DNA of 64,000 nt, from NCBI RefSeq assembly GCF_009914755.1, contig NC_060934.1, one strand, 5' to 3'. The position numbers and the translations under genes are program-made. Positions 26,083-39,290 of this stretch are shown one piece after another. The DNA is from the human T2T-CHM13v2.0 reference genome, Homo sapiens. The stretch's first letter is position 1. Each line of letters begins with the position of its first letter. Under the pieces are notes generated by a model. It saw only the letters and a list, made by a program, of their open reading frames with translations, did not search any database and had not been told where the DNA came from.

Positions 26083-28194
26083 ACAAGAGAAGGACATTTT
26101 GTAATGAGAATGGGTTAATCCTTCAGGAAGATAAAACAATTATAAACATATATGCACATAATAACGAAGTCAAAAATTACATTTGGCAAAAGCTGATGGG
26201 ACAGAAGGGAGAAATAAAGAGTTCAACAATAATTGTTGGAAACTCTAATATCACTTGATAGATAAAACAACTATACAGAAGATAAATAAGGAAGCAGAAA
26301 ACTGTGCAACATCATTAACCAACTAATAGACACATAGATTATTCTTACCAACAAGAGGATAATACACATTCTTCTCAAGTGCATATGCACAAGCTGTGAA
26401 CATACTGAGTATGAAATTAAGAAAACAACTTACTACAGCATAAAAATAATAAAATACTTAGGAATAAATTTAACAATGTTTTCAAGACATACAGAGGATA
26501 CTACTACTTTCACTGAAAACAATTGAAGAAAACATATATAAATGGAATGACATCCTATGTTCATGTATGGGAAGAATTAGTAATTTTAAGATGACAATAC
26601 CCTAAAAACTGATTCAGTAATTCAATACAAACTCTATTAAAGTATCAATTGTCTTTTGTTGCACAAATACTTAAGCTGATCTTAAAATTTATGTAGAAGA
26701 CAAGGGAATCTAGAATAGTCGGAACAATCTTGACAATAAGAACAAAGTTGGAGGACTCACAAAATCCAATTTAATAACCTGCTATTATAGTATTCAAGAC
26801 TGTATTTAAAAGTATTAATACTATATTATAGTATTCCATACTATATTTTTATGTACTGGCATAATGGTAAACATTTAGAATAATCTTCAAGCATTCTCTG
26901 AAAATTAAATGATGAAATAATAGTCTTTTCAACAAATGATGCTGGAACAACTGAATATCCGCATGCAAAATAATGATGTTAAATACCTACCTCCTATTAA
27001 ATGCAAAAATTAACTCAAGTGAATCAAAGACCTAAGTGTAAGTGATAAAACTAAAGCTCTTACATGGGATAAAACCTTATAATATTGAACTAGTAAATAA
27101 TATCTAAGATATGATACTCAAAACACAAAAAGCAAAATGAAAATTAAATAAATTAAACTTCATCTAAATTAAAAACTTTTGTACTTCAAACGATTCATTC
27201 AAGCAAGTGAAAAGGACAACCCTAGCATTTGAGAAAATTTTTGAAAATCATATATATGAAAAACGACTTGTATTTGGAACACTTAAATAATTCTTTTAAC
27301 TCAATTAAAAGGCCAAATAATTCAATTAAGAATGGGCAAAAGATTAGAATGGACATATCTCCAAAAAAGATATACTAATGGCCACTAAGCACATGAAAAG
27401 TTGCTCCGTGTTGTTATTCATTAGGCAAATGCAAATTACAATCACGGTGAGATTCCAATTCACATTCACTTGAATGGCTGTAATCATCAAATTATACTCA
27501 TAAAATTTTTCCCATAATAAAAATATAAAATTCTATTATATGAATTATCAAATTCACCCAAGGTATTGCCTATTTGCTCTGTATTTACTAAATTATATTT
27601 AAAAGTAAAAGAGTATTGCTATTCTGAAAACTATTTCTTTCCACTTTACTTAAGATGGCCAGCTATTAGCAATAATTTACACTACCCACTACAATGATTA
27701 ATGATAGACTAAAATAAATTAATTTTTGGTCTTAGTTTTATATATGTTGCTTTAATTTTCTATTTATCATAATCCAGAGGATAATTTAAGATCATAACTA
27801 GTTTGCAAATAAATAGTTGAAGTGACATACCTTTTTGCTCTGTGTAAAAGCTGCATTGAAAACATTGATGGACAGTATATGGCACACAATAAATATCAAT
27901 ATGTAAACTCAGGTCGTTCTAGAACCCAAATTTCTCTTTATGGAGTTCTGAAAATTTGAAAAACTGACTTACTCATGTACTGGACATCAACTTTTTATAG
28001 CACCATGGGATTTTGTGAATTGAAAAATCATTAGACCTGCAAACAGCATTTTGTATTAATCAACTGTCTGCCTTCAGGAAAATAAACTTGCCCCTCTGTC
28101 AGACACTGTCTACTTTTAGAGGTGTTATTAGGCTTTAACTGTTGAAGTAGAAATGACATTTATGCTTTCACTTCCAGTTCATTCTTATTTGAGT

Positions 28195-28350
28195 AAATTT
28201 CAAATGTCTAATCACAAAAATATTAGGTACTTGAGTGATGGATATGTTAACTATCTTGATTTAATTATGCCACATTGTATTCATAAATATATAACATAAT
28301 TTTTTACCCCATAACTTTATATAAATTATCAATTTACATTTTTAAAAAGT
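28195..28350 (+). mobile_element. L1MA 3' end fragment
   Basis: gagtgatggatatgttaactatcttgatttaattatgccacattgtat...taccccataac. Confidence 0.7.
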
Positions 28351-28659
28351 CTTACTTATTCGTGAAAGTTATAGAGAAGATTTTCATAATTGAATTGTGT
28401 GAGTGCATCAGCTGCTTTAGGAAGGTGACATTCTTCTTACATGCTGGAAATGAGAACACATATCTGTGAATAATCATTATGGAATTTCAGCTGATATTGT
28501 TGGAAATTCGGGTGAAAAAAAAAATTGAAAGAGATTGCCATATCTGATACAGAAACTGGGCAGCCAAAGTCCTGTTCTTCTAATTGGGTTAGGGGTCAAA
28601 ATGAAAATAAAGGCAAATGTAAAAACATTATGTGTAATCAGTTAAACATTCAATAAAAT

Positions 28660-28910
28660 AATAGTGATCATAATAGCCACAATTTGTTGAAAGCATGTTC
28701 TGCAATAAACCCTTTATTATTTTGTTTAATATGTATAACATCCATGTGAGATGAGTGTTACTGGTAACATACCAACATTTCAGATGAGAAAATAAGAGTC
28801 AGAAAAGTTAAGAATTTTTCTTTAATAACACGGATTTAAGAAGTATGGGTGATGGACCGAAGATTTAAAATCACATGCATTTGATTTTAAACCCATAGTT
28901 TTATCTACTG
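28660..28910 (-). mobile_element. MIR SINE
   Basis: cattttcagatgagaaaataagagtcagaaaagttaag core. Confidence 0.6.
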
Positions 28911-29582
28911 TGATGTACACTAAATGATTGTTGCGATACACTTCTTTGCAACTACAAGCAGTTCTCACTTGAATAATGTAATTTCAGTCCTCACTAATAC
29001 ATTGTGAGAGGTCTAGGGAGCGGTAATGTCATTCCCTCCATTTATCTATCTCCCAACTGGTAGGAATTCTCTATTAGCTATTTTCATTATACTGGGGAAA
29101 AATGGATAGATGTGAGAGATAGTTTAAGGGAATAGTCAATAGTATTGGAAAATGATTGAATTACGTTGAACAGTGGTTAAGATTTGAAATTAGTTTTGAA
29201 AAAGTGAAAAAAAAAACCAATCTAAGAAAGGCTGTGTTTTAGTAATGTGTTTTTAGTGTAAAGTGCTATCAGATGTGCATAAGGAAAATTCCACTTTGTA
29301 TTTGGAAACATTTGCAGTCTTTAGGATAAGGACCAAGACTAAAGATATGAATAATGTATACAAAATATTAAAGCTTTAGAAATGCGTGATATTAAGGTGA
29401 AAAAAATGTTCAGTAATTGTAGGAAATTATTATATAAGAAACGAAAGGAGAAATATGAGTCAGAACAGAAGGAAAAATAAAGTGGAAGTTGAGACCCTGC
29501 ATAAATGATTTTCTTGATGTAGGTTACTAATTATGATGACAAATGGGCCACTTAATCTGGTTTGTGGTTGGTCCTTTACAAA

Positions 29583-29629
<47 letters not shown>

Positions 29630-29682
29630 TACATATACATATATATGTGTGTATGTGTGTGTGTATATATATATATATATAT
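29583..29682. repeat. Compound (TA)n(CA)n/(TG)n(TA)n microsatellite, quasi-palindromic
   Basis: Read directly. Confidence 0.92.
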
Positions 29683-30059
29683 AAAGTGAAATGGTACAAG
29701 GAGCCAGATTTCAGAGGATTACAGAATAGGAATGCTGAGGATGATGGCGATGATGAGAACAGCACCTAGCACATTTGAGTATCTACCATATACTTTGCTC
29801 ACTGCTTAACATACAATATATTATTTAATACAACAACCCTATTAAATATGACAATAACCGTATTTTATATGCAATAAATCAGTCTCAGAGAGAAAAAATA
29901 CCATGACCCTAGTATGCCTATGGTCTACTTGATCACAGGTCTGACTGTATAATTAATCGTAAATCACATGTGGGCACAGGATTAGTGACTTGATTTATCT
30001 AGACGTCTTTGACAGGTATAGGATCTAGAACACAGGGGATAAAGGATGGCTATAAAAAA

Positions 30060-30295
30060 TAATAGCTCACATTTTTGAGTGGGTACTTTGTGTGAGTTAC
30101 TCTGCTGAGCTCTACAAAAAGATGAATTTATGCAATCTTTATACCAATCCAATGAGGTAAGTATCATTATTAATGGTTCCCTAATCTTACATGGGTGGAA
30201 TCTAAGGTGGAATGACTAAGTATCTTGCCTATCTCACATAATTTATACCTGGTAGAAGCAGGATTTGATTGTTCAAAGTTACTCTGTGATTGCCT
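30060..30295 (-). mobile_element. MIR SINE
   Basis: aatagctcacatttttgagtg...aatgaggtaagtatcattatt...tagaagcaggatttga. A second weaker MIR lies at about 29760-29930. Confidence 0.6.
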
Positions 30296-31189
30296 AGACA
30301 CAAAAACAGAAGAGAAAGAGGAATTAACAGCAATGTTACTACTACTACTGGTGATAGTAATCTGAACATAAGACAAAGGAAATAAATATCAGTGGTAAAG
30401 AAATAGAACAGATAAAGTGGGTGAGCTCTATCTTAAATTTCAGATGCATTCCAAAGTATATATGGGAAATTTTCAACTGACCACAGGTTTGATGATGAGA
30501 GTAAGGAAGCTGTGGAATAAAAGATAAAGGGAGACTATGGATCTGGTCAATGTATTTGTGATTGGGGCTCATCTGTGTGTGGCAAAATGCCTGGAAAGAA
30601 GCTAATATATAAAGATCAACTGATACTACCAAACAGGGAGAGAGAACACTGAAGGAGCTCTGGAGGAGGCACAGGTGGAGAGGCCGGCCCTGAAAAGGAA
30701 GGACAGGGCTTGCCTGTAGAATAGGAAGAAAGTAGAAGTAGATAGGTCAAGATAAAGGACTATTTAGCGGCAACTAAATGATAAAAAGGCAGATGCTAAG
30801 AAAGTTGAACTATAAAGGAGTTTTTGCCAGGTAGCCTCAATCTACTCAGTAAAATAGGAGGCAAGTCATCTTCTAAAGATGAAAAGATTTGAGTTTGACT
30901 AAATAAAACAGCTTTGCGGCAGACAGGTAATACAATGAAGAGTAGACATGAAATAAAAGAATTTCTAAGTAGCACAGAAAGCAGTAACATAATACTTCTT
31001 TGCCTAACAATGCAGTTTTATATTCAGAATGAAGAAAAAGAGAGATCTGGGGGACTCAGGAATGGGAATCATTAAGATAGTCTCAGAGAAATCATAAGTG
31101 AGCCAAGGATTTGAAAATGCTATGGAGATACAAGTGCCCTGGCATAGCTGACCACGGCATTCTGACAGTGGAGAGCACTAATATAGGTG

Positions 31190-31400
31190 CCCCTGCTATG
31201 TGCTCCTGAAGCATTCTGTTCTTCCCTCATCATTACTTTGCTCACAATGCATTGTAATTACTTATTTAGTGTCTTTTCCCACTTGGCCATAGTGGTCATG
31301 GGAACAGGAAATTGTATTCTCTGGCTAATTATTGTATTATCAGCCCATAGCATAATTCAATATCTGGCATAGAATAAGTAATCAGCAAATAGTTTTGACT
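31190..31400 (+). mobile_element. L2 3' end fragment
   Basis: cattgtaattacttatttagtgtcttttcccact...atctggcatagaataagtaatcagcaaatagttttga. Confidence 0.6.
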
Positions 31401-31559
31401 TCCTTCCCCTCCTCCCCCCATGATTTCAGAAGTGGACTTCTGCAGGAGAAGGACTGCAGAACAAAATGGCCTTTATAAGCCTTATAACATCTTCATAATG
31501 TGACACTCAAATATCTAGAAAGCTTCACTTATCAGAATTTGCCTGTCAGAAGTATCTTA

Positions 31560-31680
31560 GTCCATAGAAATCACATACGGATCTTGTTAAAATACAAGTT
31601 GTGATGCAGTTTCGGGGTAAACCCCATGTGTCTGCATTTTTAATAAGCTCCCAAGCAACGCTGATGCTACTTGGTGCATA
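31560..31680. mobile_element. MER5A-like hAT-Charlie fragment
   Basis: cttgttaaaatacaag...tctgcatttttaataagctcccaagcaacgctgatgct. Confidence 0.55.
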
Positions 31681-31910
31681 AGCTATGGCGTATAAAAGAC
31701 TTACGCAATGGATTCTCCACCTTTGTCAAGTATAGCCAAATACCTGCAAGCCCTGAACTGACTGCTTTAGGCCTCCCAGCATTTGTGATTTTCTGGATCT
31801 TGTGCCTTCTGTCTTACTGGCTTTTGATATGCAGGTGGATCTCACTTTAGTAGTTCTTGAATATTCTCAGTCTGGCCTTCTTAGCTGGCTTCAACTGACA
31901 CTCTTTTTCT

Positions 31911-32865
31911 TTTTTCTTTTGTTTTGTTATACTTTAAGTTCTAGGGTACATGTGCACAATGTGCAGGTTTGTTACATATGTATACATGTGCCATGTTGGT
32001 GGGCTGCACCCATTAACTCATCATTTACATTAGGTATTTCTCCTAATGCTATCCCTCCCCCCTCCCCCCTTCCCCCACCCCACAACAGGCCCCGGTGTGT
32101 GATGTTCCCCACCCTGTGTTCAAGTGTTCTCATTGTTCAATTCCCACCTATGAGTGAGAACGTGCAGTGTTTGGTTTTCTGTCCTTGCGATAGTTTGCTC
32201 AGAATGATGGTTTCCAGCTTCATCCACGTCCCTACAAAGGACATGAACTCATCCTTTTTTATGGCTGCATAGTATTCCATGGTGTATAGGTGCCACATTT
32301 TCTTAATCCAGTCTATCATGGATGGACATTTGGGTTGGTTCCAAGTCTTTGCTATTGTGAATAGTGCCGCGATAAACATATGTGTGCATGTGTCTTTATA
32401 GCAGCATGATTTATAATCCTTTGGGTATATACCCGGTAATGGGATGGCTGGGTCAAATGGTATTTCTAGTTCTAGATCCTTGAGGAATCGCCACACTGTC
32501 TTCCACAATGGTTGAACTAGTTTACAGTCCCACCAACAGTGTAAAAGTGTTCCTATTTCTCCACAGCCTCGACAGCACCTGTTGTTTCCTGACTTTCTAA
32601 TAATCGCCATTCTAACCGGTGTGAGATGATATCTCATTGTGGTTTTGATTTGCATTTCTCTGATGGCCAGTGATGATGAGCATTTTCTCATGTGTCTGTT
32701 GGCTGCATAAATGTCTTCTTTTGAGAAGTGTCTGTTCATATCCTTCACCCACTTTTTGATGGGGTTGTTTGATTTTTTACTGTAAATTTAAGTTATTTGT
32801 AGATTCTGGATATTAGCCCTTTGTCAGATGGATAGATTGCAAAAATTTTATCCCATTCTGTAGGT
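31911..32865 (-). mobile_element. 5'-truncated L1PA4/5 with TSD
   Basis: High-identity L1PA 3' UTR and ORF2 end; 18-bp TSD aactgacactctttttct (31893-31910) / aactggcaccctttttct (32866-32883). Confidence 0.95.
32137..32748 (-). pseudogene. L1 ORF2p C-terminal 203 aa (Cys-rich domain), open but 5'-truncated
   Basis: [15 protein letters not shown]...[24 protein letters not shown]...FSLIGGN* is the known ORF2p C-terminus. Confidence 0.93.
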
Positions 32866-33526
32866 AACTGGCACCCTTTTTCTAACCTTTTAGACTATCA
32901 CATGCTTCTGGAACCACTCTTCTGCCTTGATTACCTATTTCTAGATTACCTTACCTTTGCTTATTTCATACATTTAAAATATATGCTGCTGCTCCTATGT
33001 GTGGCAATGAGCACTATGCATTAAATGTTGTCTCAATGAATGAAAAAAGCTGAGCAGTTTAACGGCATATGAAAAATTTAGCAAAACACATCATGTTAGG
33101 GTATGGCAGCATGAGGACAGTGAGTTAATTAGGCTAGAGTTAGCATAGGAGAGAGAAATTCCAGCATCGGGCATCTCTGGACCATGGAAAGAGGAGTCAG
33201 AAATGAGTCAAGGGACTGAGGTCAGAAGATCACAGAAGGAATAAGGAAGAAACTAGAAGCTGTGGGTGCCAAGGTAGCAATAAATTAAAATAAAGAAACC
33301 TGGCCTTGTGGGTCAGAGGAGACAAAGCCTGTGCCCATTAGTCCAAGATAGTCCAAGTAACTTGGATCTGGCACATTTGTCTTTATAAGGCAAATGAAGT
33401 GAATCTGATTCTGAAGAAAAGATAACTTATCTTCAGTTATACTCATTTCTATAATCAAAGTAGATAGAAATGATCACCCAAGGAACTGTAACTTCAATTA
33501 TAATATTCGGAGTCAGTGATTGGAGT

Positions 33527-33990
33527 CCATTCATTAAACAGTTCTTTGCTGAACCTCCGCTGTGTGCCAGGCACTAAGTGTATCTAGAGAAAAAAGGAAG
33601 GCATGGGTTTTGCCTTTAAAAAGTTCAAAGTTTAAAGGGGTACTCAAATGTGTGCACAAAGTCATGTGTTTTACCAGAGATATACCCATGGCCTAAGAGA
33701 GAAGAGGTGAGGCCTTTTCTTCTTCTAGAAAGATCAGAGAAGGCTTCACTGGGCAGTTGACACTTGAATGAGTCTTGAAAGAAAATTTATTAAATACAAA
33801 AAAATGCAATCACAGGAAAAAAAATGATCCCAGATATATTGTTGCAAGGGAGTATGAACTAATTGGAAGACTAGTTAATTTAGTAATAGGGCTGAAACAG
33901 TGCTTATCAGGAAGTGTCAGGAAATACAATTAATAAAATAAAAGGGTAGAAATGTTTAAAGACTTTGCCATGGTAAGAAATTTGGATTTT
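33527..33990 (-). mobile_element. L2 fragment
   Basis: ccattcattaaacagttctttgctgaacctccgctgtgtgccaggcact...agagaaggcttcactgggcagttgacacttgaatgagtcttgaaag. Confidence 0.65.
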
Positions 33991-34937
33991 TGTGCTATTA
34001 TATAGCACAAAATATATATAGGGCTTTACTCTAACAAAGCAGTTAACTACGGATTTCGCCTTTATACATGTTTTTCCAATACTGATTGCTTCTTATTGTG
34101 GAATACATATCTTTGAGATTGTGGTCTGACTTCTTTTGGGAGAATAGAAGAGAAAGGCACAAGTGCAAGAGCTAAAGCCCTTCTCCCTTATCACTACTGG
34201 TTTTCTAGTTGTAGAAATAGTAATACATCTGGAAAAGATGTTATAAAAGGAAAGGCTAAAAAATTTGAAATTTGTACTCTAGGGAAGATGCAAACATAAA
34301 CCTTCTTGGATACCTAAAGCTTCAAACCCAGAAGAGATCAGACTTCTGCAGAGTTCAAAGAACAACAGCAGGAATAAACTATAGCAATTGTAAAAAGCAA
34401 AACATGGGTTTATGAAAACAAAGGTTTTTTGTTTTTATTTTTCATTAGAGTTCACTAAAAATAAACAGGTTGTGAAGTAGTGAGTTTTCTGTCATTGAAG
34501 GTATTGAGATTGCAGTATGTTTGCATGATCTGGTGACCTTGGGAAATGAACTAAACTACTACTAATTATTCCTATAAATCAAATTTTATGATTTTTCTAT
34601 TTCTTTTGTGGTTATCTATACCTGTACTGGGCCCATAGCATATGCTCAAAAAATACTGAGCATTTGATTGCTAATTGCTAAAGATAACATTAACTCTGAC
34701 CTAATCCTTTTATGCACTATCTCCAGAACTTAATCATTATGTGGAATATATTTATAGAGCAAATTCCACTACTTAAACACTATTGAGACTTTGAGCTGCT
34801 GAGATCACAAAAGGAAAGTGTAAAGAAGAGAAGCTCCTAAATTATAGATCAGATAGTGTGGCCCTTTTAAAGGCCTATTTCTTGATGCTAGGGATATTTT
34901 GGCCTTACTCCACAGAGTCAATTATAATCAAATATTT

Positions 34938-35432
34938 TGTATTAGTCTCCCATTGCTGCTATAATAAATTACCACAAATTTAATGGCTTAAAATAACACA
35001 ACTATAGCCTCTTACAGTTCTGGATCCGAATTTCCCTGAGCTGAAACTAAAGTGTCAGCAGGGCTGAATTCCCTCTAGAGGCTTTAAGGGAGAAGGCACT
35101 TCCTTCCTTTTCCAGCTTTTAAAGCGGCATTCCTCGGCTCATGGCCCATCCCATATTTAAAATGACAATAAAGTGGCATCTTCAAATTTTTCTATGTATC
35201 GTTCCTCACCTTGCATTCTACACTTTATAGTAAAATTATCATTTGCCTCACTCTTATAAGGACCCTTGTGATTACCATTAGAATTCACCCAGCTAATCCA
35301 GAATGATCATCCTATCTCAACATTCTTAATTTAATCACACTTGTCGTGTCTCTATTTGCCATATAGAGTAACATTTACAGGTTCCAATGATTAGTAAGGA
35401 TGTTTTGGGGAGTCATTATTCAGCCTAACACA
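34938..35432 (-). mobile_element. MLT1D-like MaLR solo LTR
   Basis: TGTATTAGTCTCCCATTGCTGCTATAATAAATTACCACAAATT...cttataaggacccttgtgattac...ATTATTCAGCCTAACACA. Confidence 0.85.
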
Positions 35433-35445
35433 GCTTTTACAAAAC

Positions 35446-35601
35446 CAGAATGGTTTCACACCACTATAACATTGAAAAATCATAAGTTGAACCATTGTAA
35501 GTCAGGGACTACCTATATCTATCAAAAACTGCCTTTTCCTACATATTAAGCTACTTTCCTATATCCTTTTAGTTTCTACTTATTCTAGCTGAATCTCTGA
35601 A
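35446..35601 (+). repeat. 156-bp duplicate of 37522-37677 (MER47A end plus flank)
   Basis: Ungapped alignment with 9 mismatches by manual count. Confidence 0.93.
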
Positions 35602-36261
35602 TCTACTTCTACCCAATTAGAGTTTATAATTTGAAAGTTTTCCTCAGCAGATTTTTAAAAAATTTTATTTATCTACTTTATATTCTTTCCTTAAAATTAT
35701 TTTTAGCTCAAATGTGAGAAGCTACTTGCAGCTTAATCAATTTAGCAATTTCTTTTTAAAAAAATTGGTTTCTAACAAATTTTGAGTGAAGGTATTCAAA
35801 CAAAAAAAGCTACAAAATGTGTTATTATCTAATAATATTGTAAAACTTATCATTGGTCCATAAGAATATTTGAAAATCTGGTATTTGTATTTTAATGACA
35901 TCAAGTCAGAGAACTAGATGTCAGTGCCTTGGTCATATATTATATGGAAATACTCAAAGCTAACTGCTATAGTTTAAGTCAGAATTGCCAAAATACAAAC
36001 TATTTGCCAGTTAACTACAGATAAATTCCCCAGATGAGCACTGCAGTGACCTAATTATGCCAGACAAGAATGTGTAGCCAAGGTATTTTTTTTTCTTGTG
36101 TTACACTTTTAAGTCTTCATGATCAGTGACAGATTATCTGACACAAGGTCACTCTGCTCCCATAGTATTAGCTTTATCTAGTCATCTCCCCATTCTCTCC
36201 CTGCCATTTGCCATCTAACATGACTAGACAAAGATTTTCCTGTACTTCATGAGTTTTCTAA

Positions 36262-36440
36262 GAAGTGTTTCCCAAGCCTGGCCATGAATCAGAATTATTG
36301 GAGAAACATCTTTATAAATACATTCTTTTGCGAATAGGTTTTCAGACCTCATCTTAGATGTGCGATCATTAGAAGTGAGGCCCTGGCACTTTCATTTTTC
36401 ACAATGGTCCCTGTGATACTCTGGTTTATTAGAACAACTG
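36262..36440. mobile_element. MER5-like hAT fragment
   Basis: agtgtttcccaagcctggccatgaatcagaattattggaga...tgaggccctggcactttcatttttcaca...agaacaactg. Confidence 0.5.
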
Positions 36441-36665
36441 AATGCTGTTTGATCTAGGTCTGAACTGAAAAACAGTCCTTTCTTAGACTTTCAAACATTC
36501 TATAAATAGTCTCTACAATACTGTGGAAGTTATAGGGTTTTTGGAAGTACTTTATAGTCTTCCTCTAGCTCATTGTAATATATTTAGGTTTTTTGAGTGT
36601 ACTCTCAAAAGTTCATGTGTTCCAATTTTAAAACTTTATTGTTTTAAACACAATGTTTCACATAA

Positions 36666-37123
<458 letters not shown>

Positions 37124-37263
37124 TGATATTCCATTTTTGTATGGTATATTTTAACTCTAGTTGCAAAGTATTCTTGAATTTCAAAGTCCCCCTTCTAATA
37201 TTAAAAATTACATTTCATTATTCAACATCGGTAAGTCTTAGAGACATCTAGTTGTTTATAGTA

Positions 37264-37591
37264 CAGATGCTCCTCAACTTATGATGGAGTTATATTACAA
37301 TAAACTTATCATGCGTTGAAAATATAGTAATTCAAAAATGCATTTAATAGACTTAACTTATTGCACAGCATACTGTTGCCTAGCACTAGCCTATCCTAAA
37401 CATGCTCAGAACACTTCCATTAGCCCACAGCTTGGCAAAATCATCAAACGCAAAGCCTATTTTATAATAAAGTGTTGAATATTTCCTGTACTTTATTGAA
37501 TACTATGCTGAAAGTGAAAAACAGAATGGTTTCACACCACTATAACATTGAAAAATCACAAGTTGAACCATTGTAAGTCAGGGACTGCCTA
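37264..37591 (+). mobile_element. MER47A (Tigger5-derived) DNA transposon
   Basis: TA|CAGATGCTCCTCAACTTATGATGG...accattgtaagtcagggactgccta matches recalled MER47A termini. Confidence 0.85.
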
Positions 37592-39059
37592 GGTCTATCA
37601 AAAACTGCATTTTCCTACATGTTAAGCTACTTTCCTATATCCCTTTAGTTTCCACTTATTCCAGCTGAATCTCTGAACTGTAATTTTATTGCTTTTTCCT
37701 CTAACTTATCTTCATAACTCAATTTTCTACAGGCTTATACATTTGAGTTTCTTTAATCCCAGCCTGTCTGCTGTCAGTGTAAAATTTCTTAATCTCAAAG
37801 ACAGAATCTGAGGTCTAACCTTCCTAGAGTTTAGATGCAGGATAATCACCTTTATGACAAGTACAAATACCACTGCACATCTTGACAGCCATCTCAGAGC
37901 AATCTAATTCCCTTGCTGCTCTAACCTGAAGACTACTTCTGTGTTGTTGGTTCACAATACATATTTTTTTTTGAAGGAAGTAATAGTGTTTGTTCAGAAG
38001 CTAGCCTTCCATGTAATAATTAGACAGCGTTTTCTTAAAGTAAACATTTGGCGGTTTGGCATCCATTTCAATTTTTATTTCTTTTTAAGATAAAATTAAG
38101 AAAAAAGGCAAAACAAAAAATATTCACTTTTTTCACATTTTTATGGCTTGTGTGAGGTGTAGATGCTTAGTTACAAGGAATGATGGGGGCCATTGAGGTT
38201 ATAAATTATTAGCAAAGCTGGAGGAATCAGGAAGGATTGCTATTTAGCAACAAAAAGGTATGGGGTTGGGTCAAAGGAGCAAAATGTTTAGCAGCGTTTC
38301 ATCTGCATATTTTGATTGTTGATATAGTCTTTTTCAATGGAGCTATTATTTAGTCAGTATACTCCTCCAATTGTAGCTAACACTGAAAGCGTATCAAGAT
38401 ATCCAGCCTCTCCAGTTTAACTATACAGATCACCACAGCCATTTCATACTGTCATTCAACCAGACCTTATCATAATTTCTATGTCCTTAAAATATGAAGG
38501 AAAGTATAAAACATTACTTTTGGAGGCTATTTTAACTGTATAATGTCAAAAGAAATGTACAACACAATTATCACTGGGGTTACTGAAGCTCTGATAGTTT
38601 CTCTATGTACACTAGTTAAACAACAGCATTGACTGAGGCATTGACTATACAGAACAATTTAGTAAAAGATAAGAAGAACTAGAGCTAAATCAAAGCAAAC
38701 TTGCTTGCCCTCTGTGAACTGACAATGTACTCAGAGTCTAAATCCATCCCGATAACCTACACTAAAGTAACCTAACATATAGTATAATCTAAACTACAAT
38801 TTAGTCAGAGTCTAAAACTCATCCCTATAACCTATATTAAAAACTAAACTCTATGCCTTTAAGAATGATTCTCACTAAAACAACTACAATGTATGCTTGC
38901 CTAACAACATCTACAATTTTAGAACCAAAATGAATGTATAAAATCATGGTTTAACTGAAAACCAGGGTCAAGTCTTTTCCAGAGTCACAAATCTAGTCCT
39001 CAAAAGTCATACATCTTTGAAATCATGTCCTCTGGGGACCAGTATAATGTACTGTTTAA

Positions 39060-39290
39060 AAAGGCAAATGTTTAGATTGGTCAGGCATAGGGTCAGATTC
39101 TAGTTCTGCTACTTAATGTGTGACCTTTGATAATTTGGTTAATTATTTAAAGGTTAATTTTTGTCACCTGTAAAACAGTTTAGAAATATAACCACCTGAT
39201 AAAACTTTTATAAGATTTAAGTGAAATATGCCTATAGTGTATAACTCTTGCCTAAGAGGTTGGCACATCATTGTTATTAACTAGATGTTA
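39060..39290 (+). mobile_element. MIR SINE
   Basis: tctagttctgctacttaatgtgtgacctttgataatttggttaa...cacctgtaaaac. Confidence 0.6.

Larger units (their letters stand above)
14985..27490 (+). mobile_element. Fragmented old L1 (L1M4/L1MC-like; 5' region, ORF1, ORF2 relics) hosting nested insertions
   Basis: L1 sequence at about 14985-15080, 15793-16638, 24405-25459 and 26083-27490. ORF1 reads through across the 16639-24403 insertion (...aaaagccat | gaaaataaagaaagaatcttgaaaatagcaagag). Endonuclease N-terminal relic near 25190-25450; C-terminal ORF2 relic near 27330-27480. Confidence 0.75.

Noticed and set aside
29460-29769. ORFs on both strands with YIYI/HTHI runs
   Set aside because: Translation of a dinucleotide microsatellite.
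32137-32748. 203-aa ORF as a host gene
   Set aside because: It is the C-terminus of L1 ORF2p in a 5'-truncated L1PA with TSDs. An open frame is expected for a young copy.
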